Shown one piece after another: positions 12,129 to 20,645 of a stretch of DNA of 64,000 bases. Within the stretch, counting starts at the first letter, position 1; the number at the start of each line of letters is the position of its first letter. The DNA comes from an uncultured Candidatus Binatia bacterium (GTDB taxonomy: Bacteria > Desulfobacterota > Binatia > UBA9968 > JAJDTQ01). The notes beneath the pieces are model-generated. The model was not told the origin of the DNA. It saw only the letters and a program-made list of their open reading frames with translations, and did not search any database. The position numbers were made by a program, and so were the translations under genes. Location of the stretch: contig OZ219754.1 of NCBI GenBank assembly GCA_964291295.2, forward strand, positions 352,001 to 416,000. The letters run 5' to 3'.

Positions 12129-14522
12129 ATGCCCGGCGCATCCGAAGACTCCGCCCCGAACCGTTCGACGGCCTTCATCGAACGCTGCCTGTTCGGCCAC
12201 CGCGCGCTCGTGCTGGCCGCATTCGCCGTCGCCACGCTGGTCATGGCGTGGTACGCGGCGCAATTGCGGGTGGATGCCGGGTTCTTCAAGCTCGTGCCCC
12301 TCAAGCACAGGTACATGGAGACCTTCCTCAAGCACCAGCAGGAGTTCGGCAGCGCCGACCAGGTGGTGATCGCACTCACCGCGCGCGAGGGCGACATGTT
12401 CACCCCGGAGTTCTTCCAGGTGCTGCGCCAGGTCACCGACGCGATGTTCTTCCTCCCCGGGATCGACCGCACCCAAGTCTACTCCATCCTCACCCCCAAC
12501 GTACGCTTCATCGAGGTGGTGGAAGACGGCGTCACCGCCGGCAACGTGTTGCCGGCCGGCTTCAAGCCCACCGCGGACGGGCTTGCCCGGGTGCGCGAGA
12601 ACGCCATCAAGGCCGGCGTCGTCGGCAGGCTGGTGGCCAACGACTTCACCGGAGCCATCGTCAGCGGCCGGTTGCAGGAGTTCGACCCCAATACCGGCCA
12701 ACGCCTGGACTACATCGAGGTGGCCCGTCAACTCGAGGGCATTCGCGCCGGGGCCGAGGCCGGCGCCGCCGTGGACGCGCACGTCATCGGATTCGCCAAG
12801 CTGGTGGGCGATATCGCCGCGGGCGGTGCCCGGGTGATGGCGTTCTTCGGCATCGCTGTCCTCATCACCGCGCTGTTCGTGTATCTCTACACCCGGTCGG
12901 TGCGCCTCACCCTGCCGCCGCTGCTGTGCTCGCTGGTGGCGGTGGCATGGCAGCTCGGAACGGTCACCGCCCTGGGCTTCGGCATCGATCCCATGTCCAT
13001 CCTGGTGCCGTTCCTGGTGTTCGCGGTGGGGGTCAGCCACGGCGTGCAGATGGTGAGCGCGGTGCGCGCCGACATGGTGGCGGGCGCCACCGCTCCGGAC
13101 GCCGCGCGCGCCGGTTTCCGGCGGCTGCTGCTGCCAGGCACGGCGGCGCTCGCGTCCGATTCGGTGGGCTTCATCACCATCGCGTTCATCGAGGTGCAGG
13201 TGATCCGGGAAACCGCCATCACCGCCAGCCTGGGCATCGTGGCCATCATCCTGACCAACCTGGCGCTGCTGCCGGTGCTGCTCTCGTACTTCCGCATGAG
13301 CGAGGCCGAGCGGCAAGCCGCCGCCCGGCGCGACAGCGTCTTGCGGCCCTTGTGGTCCAGGGTGGCGCGGTTGGCGCGCCGGGGTCCCGCGGCCGTGACC
13401 GTGGTGCTGGCGGCGTTGCTGGTGGCGGCGGGAGCGCACTACGCGGTGCAGGTCAAGGTGGGCGACAGCCACCCGGGAGTGCCGGAACTGCGGGCGGAGT
13501 CCGTCTACAACCGCGACATCGCCGCCATTACCGAGCGCTTCAAGATCGGCGTCGACGTGCTCACGGTGTTCGCGGAGACGGCACCGGACGGCTGCATCGA
13601 CTACGACGTGCTCACCACGCTGGACGCCTTCACCTGGCACATGCGCAACGTGGAGGGGGTCCGGTCGGCGGTGAGTCTCGCCAGCATCGCCCGCAACATC
13701 AACACTGGCTGGAACGAAGGCAGTCTCAAGTGGCGCACGCTGCCGCGGAACCGCTACAGCCTGGTGCAGTCCGTCTCCCCGGTGCCCACCGGCAGCGGCC
13801 TCCTCAACAACGATTGCAGCGTGCTGCCGGTGCACATCTACACCACCGATCACAAGGCCGAGACCATCCAGCGCATCGTCGACGCCACCCGGGACTTCGA
13901 GCGCCGCAACACGCTGGAGCGCATCCGCTTCCGGCTGGCCGGCGGCAACGTCGGGGTCATGGCCGCCACCAACGAGGAGGTGGACGCTTCCCGGTTCCCG
14001 ATCCTCGGCCATGTCTTCGCCGCGGTCAGCCTGCTGTGTCTGATCTCCTTCCGCTCGGCGGCGGCCACCGTGTGCATCATCGTGCCCCTGGCCGCGGTAT
14101 CACTGATGGCCTACGGGCTCATGGCGATACTGGAGATCGGACTCAAGATCTCGACCCTGCCGGTGGTGGCCCTGGGGGTGGGCATCGGCGTGGACTACGC
14201 CATCTACATCTACGGCACGCTCCGCACCCACCTGGAGCAGGGCCTCGACTTCGCCGCGGCCTACGAGCGCACGCTCCACGTCACCGGCGCCGGGGTGGCG
14301 CTCACCGGCCTGACCCTGGCGGCGGGCGTGGCCACCTGGATCGCCGCGCCGCTCAAGTTCCAGGCCGACATGGGCACCGTGCTGATGTTCATGTTCCTGG
14401 TGAACATGATCGCCGCCGTCGTGCTGTTGCCGGCCCTCGGCGCCTGGCTCGTGCGCCCGGGCCAGCGGGCCGGCGACGCGGCACAGCGCCGGCCCGCCGC
14501 GCCGCCCCTGCCCACTTCCTGA
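12129..14522 (+). CDS. RND superfamily (MMPL-type) transporter
   Basis: About 12 TM segments in two repeats, AVGVSHGVQ and GIGVDYAIY; fourth gene of the conserved operon. Confidence 0.9.
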   Translation: MPGASEDSAPNRSTAFIERCLFGHRALVLAAFAVATLVMAWYAAQLRVDAGFFKLVPLKHRYMETFLKHQQEFGSADQVVIALTAREGDMFTPEFFQVLRQVTDAMFFLPGIDRTQVYSILTPNVRFIEVVEDGVTAGNVLPAGFKPTADGLARVRENAIKAGVVGRLVANDFTGAIVSGRLQEFDPNTGQRLDYIEVARQLEGIRAGAEAGAAVDAHVIGFAKLVGDIAAGGARVMAFFGIAVLITALFVYLYTRSVRLTLPPLLCSLVAVAWQLGTVTALGFGIDPMSILVPFLVFAVGVSHGVQMVSAVRADMVAGATAPDAARAGFRRLLLPGTAALASDSVGFITIAFIEVQVIRETAITASLGIVAIILTNLALLPVLLSYFRMSEAERQAAARRDSVLRPLWSRVARLARRGPAAVTVVLAALLVAAGAHYAVQVKVGDSHPGVPELRAESVYNRDIAAITERFKIGVDVLTVFAETAPDGCIDYDVLTTLDAFTWHMRNVEGVRSAVSLASIARNINTGWNEGSLKWRTLPRNRYSLVQSVSPVPTGSGLLNNDCSVLPVHIYTTDHKAETIQRIVDATRDFERRNTLERIRFRLAGGNVGVMAATNEEVDASRFPILGHVFAAVSLLCLISFRSAAATVCIIVPLAAVSLMAYGLMAILEIGLKISTLPVVALGVGIGVDYAIYIYGTLRTHLEQGLDFAAAYERTLHVTGAGVALTGLTLAAGVATWIAAPLKFQADMGTVLMFMFLVNMIAAVVLLPALGAWLVRPGQRAGDAAQRRPAAPPLPTS

Positions 14523-14556
14523 CCGCCGTCCGTACCTGGAGATGGCGCCGAAGTCC
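14512..14556 (+). repeat. Direct repeat copy 1 (45 bp), paired with 17799-17843
   Basis: CCACTTCCTGACCGCCGTCcGTACCTGGaGATGGCGCCGAaGTCC; 3 mismatches to copy 2. Confidence 0.9.
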
Positions 14557-14599
14557 CCGCCAGACGCGCGAAACGCGGCTCCCCGAAGAGATGAAACTC

Positions 14600-15118
14600 G
14601 CGCCGCAGCACCATCCGCCTCGCCAGACCCGCCATCCCCACTGGAATGAAGAAGCCATGTGGCGTACCTGCGTCAGGCTCACCGACATCGAAGCGGTCTT
14701 CCGCTCCCTGAAATCCGAACTCGGCCTGCGACCCGTCTACCACCACAAGGCGCTCCGCGCCGAAGGACATCTGTTCATTACCGTACTCGCCTGCCAACTC
14801 GTCCAGGTCATCCGTACTCGCCTGCGTCAAGCGGACGAGAACGCCAGATGGACCACACTACGCCGCGTCCTCCAGGGAAAGCAGCGCGTCACCATCACGT
14901 GCCGACGGGCGCACCCTGCACGTGCGCAAGGCGACCCGCGCCGAACCAACCCAGCAGGCCATCTACAAAGCCCTGGGCATTGATCCCGCTCCCGGAGGAA
15001 CTCGCAAAACCCTGGTGTAACCAACCTTCAAATACTCACTTGTAGTGCCACTTGCCGCTTCTGCTCATCGTAACTCTATGATATGTAACGAGATCTTGCG
15101 GAGGGTGGTAAAGCTGGG
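14600..15118 (+). mobile_element. IS1634-family transposase C-terminal remnant with probable right end
   Basis: Translates WRTCVRLTDIEAVFRSLKSELGLRPVYHH..RAEGHLFITVLA..LV; frameshifted tail; ends near TAAAGCTGGG. Boundaries are approximate. Confidence 0.75.
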
Positions 15119-15352
15119 TCAGTGCGGCGGGCGAGGCCGGCCGGCCTGCGATGTTCGAGAGTCTTCCGTTGTGTGACAAATGATTGGGCCAGTTCAGCCT
15201 CTGGACGCGATGCCGGGCACAGGGCACGTTGTCTGTTCCAACCCGCCACAACGACCTGTCCGACTTTCCGACGCCACCTCACATCCGAGTGGACGGCCCG
15301 TGAGCGCGAGTTTTGAATGGCCCTGCTGCGGGTGGGGCTTCGCGAGTGTCCA

Positions 15353-15988
15353 TCAGTCCTCTCTGGTGTCGTGGGATACCTCGCATCGGATCTCGACCCG
15401 CGAGTGCTTGCGAGGATCGCTCAGTGCTCGCCTGGCGAATACCGGCACATTGGTCCCAGCCGACTTGCGGACCGATGGGGCCAGCAGTCCGTCCAGGTCT
15501 TCGGCAACAGCTTCAACTCCCAAACGGTTGCAGAACGTGTAGTCGTTCCCGTGCATCAAGCCGGGCCATAGGGTCTGCATGGGGCGCAGATCTTTCGTAT
15601 GGCCCCGGAAATCGCAGGTGAACCGCGAGTACCATGCACTTCGGCCGCCGCTTGGCCTGCCGGCGAACTTTTCGCGGAACCGATGGAGAACCTCGGCCTC
15701 TGCCGTCTCCGCCTCAAGGGAGAAGTACCCGACAGGGAAAGAGCCGTCGGAAAAACGCGACTTGGGGTAACCGGAGCCATCAAGACGCCGCTTCGGCAAG
15801 AATGGCGCGTCAAGGAGTTTCTCGAGGGAATCGGACATCCCGCGCGAATGCAGGAACTCCGTCATCTCGGAGACCTGTTCCGGACTCATCTCCTGGTCGC
15901 GCAGAAAGTCGTCATCCGTTTGATGGCTCACGAATCGAACCAGAACCGCCTCGCGGGGTCGAGCGACAACTTCCTCCAGCACGTTCAA
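15353..15988 (-). CDS. RES-domain toxin (NAD+ phosphorylase/mART-like)
   Basis: SRFSDG..VGYF, AEAEV, GLLAPSVR..GTNV.VF give the R-E-S triad. TTG start overlaps the antitoxin TGA. Confidence 0.85.
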   Translation of the reverse strand: MNVLEEVVARPREAVLVRFVSHQTDDDFLRDQEMSPEQVSEMTEFLHSRGMSDSLEKLLDAPFLPKRRLDGSGYPKSRFSDGSFPVGYFSLEAETAEAEVLHRFREKFAGRPSGGRSAWYSRFTCDFRGHTKDLRPMQTLWPGLMHGNDYTFCNRLGVEAVAEDLDGLLAPSVRKSAGTNVPVFARRALSDPRKHSRVEIRCEVSHDTRED

Positions 15989-16635
15989 CGCCCTGCTGCC
16001 GCTTCGACGTACTCCTTCACAAGCAGCAGATTCTCCATCGACCCGTCCAGCATCCGGTCCATGGGCGAGCGCCCATCCAGCATCGTATGCGGCTCCCGAA
16101 GCCACCGATTCTCGACTTTCAGGTCTTGGAACAGTGCCGACAGTATCTTGCGAATCCGGTACAGGTATGCGACGCGATCCTTGGCGTCCCTTCCCTTGAG
16201 AGCGTCTCGCCCGGCCAGCAGATTCCCGGCGAACGATCCGTCATCCGGGTCCATTCCCAGCAGAACGGTGGCGTCCATCAAGTTCAACTCCCATGCAGCG
16301 AGGAGATTCCTGAGAAATTGAACAGGCCCCGTCAGGCGTGGCTGGTATGGTGAAGTCCTTGCGTCGATTCCCGGCACGACGGTGCCCGCACGCACCTCTT
16401 GACGCAGGAACTCAGGATGCGATCCTTCTTCCCTGATCGTATAGTTTCCCGACATTCCCCGCCGCACGGGATGCACGTCCGGAACAAACCGGGTGTGCCG
16501 GATGCCCCCCGCGCGCCTGATCGGTTGTTTGACCCTTAGCTGGGACTCGAGTCCATCGCTCCCCCGCGAGACATGCCCGACCGTCGGGCTGCGGCCACCG
16601 AGCAGCCCACGTTCGTAAGACGGCTCCCACATCAT
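15985..16635 (-). CDS. Xre/MbcA/ParS-type antitoxin (C-terminal toxin-binding domain) with N-terminal extension
   Basis: DRVAYLYRIRKILSALF..NRWLREPH..LDGRSPMDRML.GS; strong SD AGGAGGTG before the ATG. Confidence 0.8.
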   Translation of the reverse strand: MMWEPSYERGLLGGRSPTVGHVSRGSDGLESQLRVKQPIRRAGGIRHTRFVPDVHPVRRGMSGNYTIREEGSHPEFLRQEVRAGTVVPGIDARTSPYQPRLTGPVQFLRNLLAAWELNLMDATVLLGMDPDDGSFAGNLLAGRDALKGRDAKDRVAYLYRIRKILSALFQDLKVENRWLREPHTMLDGRSPMDRMLDGSMENLLLVKEYVEAAAGR

Positions 16636-16661
16636 CTTCACCTCCTGAAAAGCGCCGGATT

Positions 16662-17384
16662 TCATGACGCCACCGAGTTGGTGGGAATGGGCACCATCTC
16701 GACAGTCAGCCCCCGAAGCAATGCTTCGAGAAGTCGCCGCAGGCGGTCGATGTACTCCGCGTGCGGATGCAACTCCGGGGGTTCCGCGTATGCCACCCAG
16801 CATGAAGCAAAGATTGACGACTTCTCCACCACGCTGTCGTATGCGTGCAAGACTGCACGCCAACCTTCATCGTCGTTCTGGACTTCAAGGTTGATGCACG
16901 GATACAACGCTGCGTTGCCCAAGCCGGTCAAATCCATGTCGATACCCGGTTTCACTACCTGTTGCAGGAAATCGCGCGCGTCAACGGACCCATCGCCGAG
17001 CCGGAGCGACAGCGTGGATCGAACTGCGACCGTCGCAATCACGACCTGCGGGAACGCTCCTTTCAGTGCCTGCACCACCAACGCGAAGCATTCGTTGCAG
17101 ATTGCGAGATCCTGTTCGCTTCTCAGGCCGTTGAACCGCATCGACAGCTTCTCTACCGTCACCTCAATGGTCCCATTCCCTCCAAACATCGTCACGCGCA
17201 CGCACACGTCCGAAAGTGCGTTCCCGCCGGATACCTGCAAGTCTGTCGTTCGAAGCGGAAATCGGGGATGGATGAACTGGTGCAATGCTCTCATAAGCTC
17301 CGTGGTGCGACCCGGCAAGTCGAACAGCGGCACGGAGAATTCCGCCTCGTACGTCATCTCCATCCATTCAAGGCTACCCTTCAC
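16662..17384 (-). CDS. Hypothetical protein (~240 aa), first gene of the RES toxin-antitoxin operon
   Basis: Protein-like composition, AGGAG SD before GTG at 17384, abuts the antitoxin gene. Confidence 0.65.
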   Translation of the reverse strand: MKGSLEWMEMTYEAEFSVPLFDLPGRTTELMRALHQFIHPRFPLRTTDLQVSGGNALSDVCVRVTMFGGNGTIEVTVEKLSMRFNGLRSEQDLAICNECFALVVQALKGAFPQVVIATVAVRSTLSLRLGDGSVDARDFLQQVVKPGIDMDLTGLGNAALYPCINLEVQNDDEGWRAVLHAYDSVVEKSSIFASCWVAYAEPPELHPHAEYIDRLRRLLEALLRGLTVEMVPIPTNSVAS

Positions 17385-17798
17385 CGCTGCCTCTCCTGGT
17401 GCATGCCGATACTCGACTTGTCGCTGTGCAGGATCTTCCCCGTAACGTTCATTGCCCGGCACACCCGTCGCGCCACAGTCATGCCCGCTTCCCACCTTGT
17501 ATCCCCTGTCTCCGTTTCCTCTGAGTCGTGTACCCGAAGACGGGATGTCCGCCCCACCCAAGTGCACCGGATTCGCCATCCCTTTGCATGGGCGGTTCCC
17601 CCAAAAACCCAGCAGACTGGTTCCCGGATGTTATGCATCGCCGGTCACCTTTGTGCAAGCACCGCGCGAGCCGCAGGCCGCGGCGTCAAACCGGGACATC
17701 GTCGGGATGCGCCACCGTCGAGACCGAAGTGCAGGGCGTAGCGCATGAAGCGCCCGGTTGGACGAACTCGGCCTTGGCGCGCCGATGCGCGCCCCCGG

Positions 17799-17843
17799 CC
17801 ACTTCCTGACCGCCGTCAGTACCTGGCGATGGCGCCGAGGTCC
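17799..17843 (+). repeat. Direct repeat copy 2, overlapping the Fic stop codon
   Basis: CCACTTCCTGACCGCCGTCaGTACCTGGcGATGGCGCCGAgGTCC. Confidence 0.9.
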
Positions 17844-19000
17844 AGTTCCACGACCCAGTCTCCGACCGATTCATCCTTCGCAAAGAAGATGAACCCCAGA
17901 TCCCTGAGCCTCAGCAACTCTCGATGGAGAGTCCGTCTCGTGACGTTGCGGTACGCGGATTTCACGTATCGGTCCTCAAGCAGTTCCGCCAGCGCGATGC
18001 GCCGGGACGACGCATCCGAGAAGGGATCCACCGGTTCCGTCCCGCTCAGGAGAAAGTCGAGAAGCTGATACTCCCGCTGGTTCAGCAGCCGTCTGCGAGC
18101 GCCCGTTTTCCTGTTGAGGGCCTCCACGAGCATAGTCCGGTACACCAACCGGTTGAGCTTTGCCTTGACGAAGTTGTTGATGCCCTTGAGTTCGCTCGCG
18201 AAGCCTTCAACTCCAAAGCGAACGAAGGCCGTGACATCAAAGGGCTGACGTTCCCGGCATTGTTGCAGGATCGACTTGTACCGACTCTCATGGCGATAGA
18301 AATAGTTGGACAGCCCGTAGAACCCGTGGACGTTGTATCCGAGTTGAAACAGCATTCCCGCTTCGACCAGCCGTGAGACCCTTCCATTGCCGTCACCAAA
18401 AGGATGGACGGTTACCAGGAAAAAATGCGCGAGCAAGGCCCGGACCGCGGGATGAGTCTCCTCGAACCGACGCGAATGGAGAAAGTCGATGTACTCCGCC
18501 ATCAACCGTGGCAGCCCCTCATAAGGCACGCCTCGATGGACCCCTCCCAAGTCGTTTGACCCCACGGTGACAGGAAAACCGCGAAGTTTTCCCGGAATAT
18601 TGTTGACGATGTCGGAATCGCGCGTGATCATTTCGTGCAGATTGAAGATATCCGCCAATTGGATGGGAGGCGCGTCAGGGCGAAAGCGATTCCTCACCCA
18701 GGACTGCGCAGCCTCGGCGTTCCTTACCTGCAACTGCTCCCTGGCGGCATTGTCCCGGTTCTTCTCCGAGTCCAGCGACTCGAGCTGTTGAGCGACTTCG
18801 GCCTCGGACAGGGGATTGCCTTCAATGGCTGTCGTTCCGTGAACGGCCCGCACGCGGTTCAGACGATCCAACCGGGCTCGCCAATCTTGTGGAAACACAA
18901 GATTGAGGGCAGCCTCTCTGTACGCTTCGATCTGGACGAGGGCCTGGAAGAGACCCTTCGTATCCAGCTGAAAGTCGAAGGAGAACCGCTTCCAGTCCAT
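17816..19000 (-). CDS. Fic family protein (class II, N-terminal inhibitory motif) with probable C-terminal winged helix
   Basis: HPFGDGNGRVSR catalytic loop and TTAIEGN inhibitory motif. Confidence 0.92.
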   Translation of the reverse strand: MDWKRFSFDFQLDTKGLFQALVQIEAYREAALNLVFPQDWRARLDRLNRVRAVHGTTAIEGNPLSEAEVAQQLESLDSEKNRDNAAREQLQVRNAEAAQSWVRNRFRPDAPPIQLADIFNLHEMITRDSDIVNNIPGKLRGFPVTVGSNDLGGVHRGVPYEGLPRLMAEYIDFLHSRRFEETHPAVRALLAHFFLVTVHPFGDGNGRVSRLVEAGMLFQLGYNVHGFYGLSNYFYRHESRYKSILQQCRERQPFDVTAFVRFGVEGFASELKGINNFVKAKLNRLVYRTMLVEALNRKTGARRRLLNQREYQLLDFLLSGTEPVDPFSDASSRRIALAELLEDRYVKSAYRNVTRRTLHRELLRLRDLGFIFFAKDESVGDWVVELDLGAIARY

Positions 19001-19221
19001 GGATCACCTTATGGTTGTCAGCCTGTCCGACCGCAAAAATGACCGCTCCAACTATTCGAATATACAGGCAATCCATGTGGATCACAATGAAAACATCGTC
19101 TTGTTTGGCTGACTATATGACTGCTTGTCCGGCACACGGATCAACCTTCTGTGCCATGGTTCGGGAGAGGAAGCGGCCGTATTGAGCGGCCGCATTGAAA
19201 CAGTGGCGGGAGTGCGGCGGC

Positions 19222-19260
19222 GGGAGTGCGGCGCCACCGATACGCCGGCGCCGCACTCCC
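19222..19260. terminator. GC-rich hairpin downstream of GST (terminator or REP-like)
   Basis: 14 bp stem GGGAGTGCGGCGCC/GGCGCCGCACTCCC; no clear U-tract. Confidence 0.5.
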
Positions 19261-19270
19261 GGCCGCGGGA

Positions 19271-19909
19271 TCAGGCGGCGAACGACGCCAGGGTTTCCTT
19301 TTCGAAGGCCAGCAGCTTCCGGACGCTGAGGCGGGTCTGCATGCGCGCGAAATGGGCGCGCGTGTTGGGATAGGGCTCCAGGTCGATGTCGAACTGGGTG
19401 CTGCGGTGCACGCACCAGAAGAAGTGCGCGTCCGGTGCGGTGAAGTGATCGAAGAAGTACTCGCGCCCCTCCAGCATCCCTTCGGCGATGCCGTAGGCCT
19501 CGGCCAGGAACTCGGAGGCGATACGGGACACACTCTCCTGGCTGGCCGCCAGATCGCACACCTTCGCCGGCGAGTTGATCCGGCTGAGGTACGGGTGGAC
19601 GCCCGACGCGCACCAGGACATCACCGACACCGCCTTGACTTCGTCCCAGGGGTTCGCCGGCAGCAGGTTGGCCTGCGGGTAGCGGCGCGCGATCCAGAGC
19701 TGGATGGCCGCGTTCTCGGAGAGCGGCTCACCGTCCACCACCAGCAGCGGCACCTTGTGCTTGGGATTGAGCTTCAGGTATTCGTCGGACCGGTTCTGCC
19801 CGGCGCGGAAGTTGAGTGCCTTCACCTCGAAGTCGGCGCCGGCCTCGGTCAGCGTGATGTAGGGCGCCATCGCACAGGTGTGAGGCGCGTAGTACAACTG
19901 GATGCTCAT
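19271..19909 (-). CDS. Glutathione S-transferase (beta-class-like)
   Basis: LYYAPHTC, LNPKHKVPLL, LSENAAI, FTAPD. Confidence 0.92.
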   Translation of the reverse strand: MSIQLYYAPHTCAMAPYITLTEAGADFEVKALNFRAGQNRSDEYLKLNPKHKVPLLVVDGEPLSENAAIQLWIARRYPQANLLPANPWDEVKAVSVMSWCASGVHPYLSRINSPAKVCDLAASQESVSRIASEFLAEAYGIAEGMLEGREYFFDHFTAPDAHFFWCVHRSTQFDIDLEPYPNTRAHFARMQTRLSVRKLLAFEKETLASFAA

Positions 19910-19957
19910 GGGAACCTCCACGAAATGATGTTGATGAAACGATGTGATGAAACGTAC

Positions 19958-20044
19958 TGGTGCCGGAGGGGGGACTCGAACCCCCACAGGGTTGCCCCTA
20001 CTGGATTTTGAGTCCAGCGCGTCTACCAGTTCCACCACTCCGGC
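19958..20044 (-). tRNA. tRNA-Leu(CAA)
   Basis: GCCGGAG acceptor stem, anticodon arm CTGGA-CTCAAAA-TCCAG, long variable arm, GTTCGA T-loop, 3' ACCA. Confidence 0.97.
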
Positions 20045-20121
20045 ACGGAGAAGAATGAGAATGGACTAATGGAAATGGCCTAGCTTACGGGTGAGCGAAG
20101 GTCAAGGTCGGGAGCCTCTTC

Positions 20122-20388
20122 TCAGCCGTCGCTGGAAGGGCCTTCCAACGGGATCGCCTGCTCCACCCGCATGACCGGAATGCCGCCGCGGATGGCGTAG
20201 AGGTATCGGCCGTCCGCGCGCACCAGTCCGCCGCTCATGGGCTCGGTGACCTTCTCCCCGGCGCGGTCGACAAGCTGCCCGGCTTCGATCTTCCGGTTCA
20301 GGTTTTCGACGAGCCCCGGGGCGGCCAGCACCACAGGCTCCCGTGTCTCGGGACAGGCAAGGATGTCGAGCAACTGCCGGTCGATCAC
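20122..20388 (-). CDS. Trm112/YcaR-like small protein
   Basis: IDRQLLDILACPET...YAIRGGIPVM; GGGAGG SD before GTG. Confidence 0.85.
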   Translation of the reverse strand: MIDRQLLDILACPETREPVVLAAPGLVENLNRKIEAGQLVDRAGEKVTEPMSGGLVRADGRYLYAIRGGIPVMRVEQAIPLEGPSSDG

Positions 20389-20595
20389 GTCCGCCTCCCG
20401 TGGTTCCGGTCGAGCGTCGTCTCCATGGAGTCCAATATTCCCCGCCATCCCGCAGGTGTCAATCCGACCGGCCCAAGCCTGCCATCTTCGCATCGCCGGT
20501 ACCATGAGAGAGCGCCGCACCCGATTCGCCCTCGCCGCCGTCGCGGCAAGCATGGACGCGGTATCCCGCGGCCCGTTTGATCCCGCTTGTCCCGT

Positions 20596-20624
20596 TTGAT
20601 GCGCTGCAGGCTCTTGGCTATGTT
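20596..20624 (+). promoter_or_regulatory. Possible sigma70 promoter of the UbiD gene
   Basis: TTGATG-N17-TATGTT. Confidence 0.4.
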
Positions 20625-20645
20625 GCCGTCTGGAGGTGGAGAGCC

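Noticed and set aside
19958-20044. Integrative elements at tRNA-Leu or tRNA-Ala
   Set aside because: No integrase, and I found no duplicate tRNA 3' end by eye. The Hsp70 locus lies on the 5' side of tRNA-Ala.
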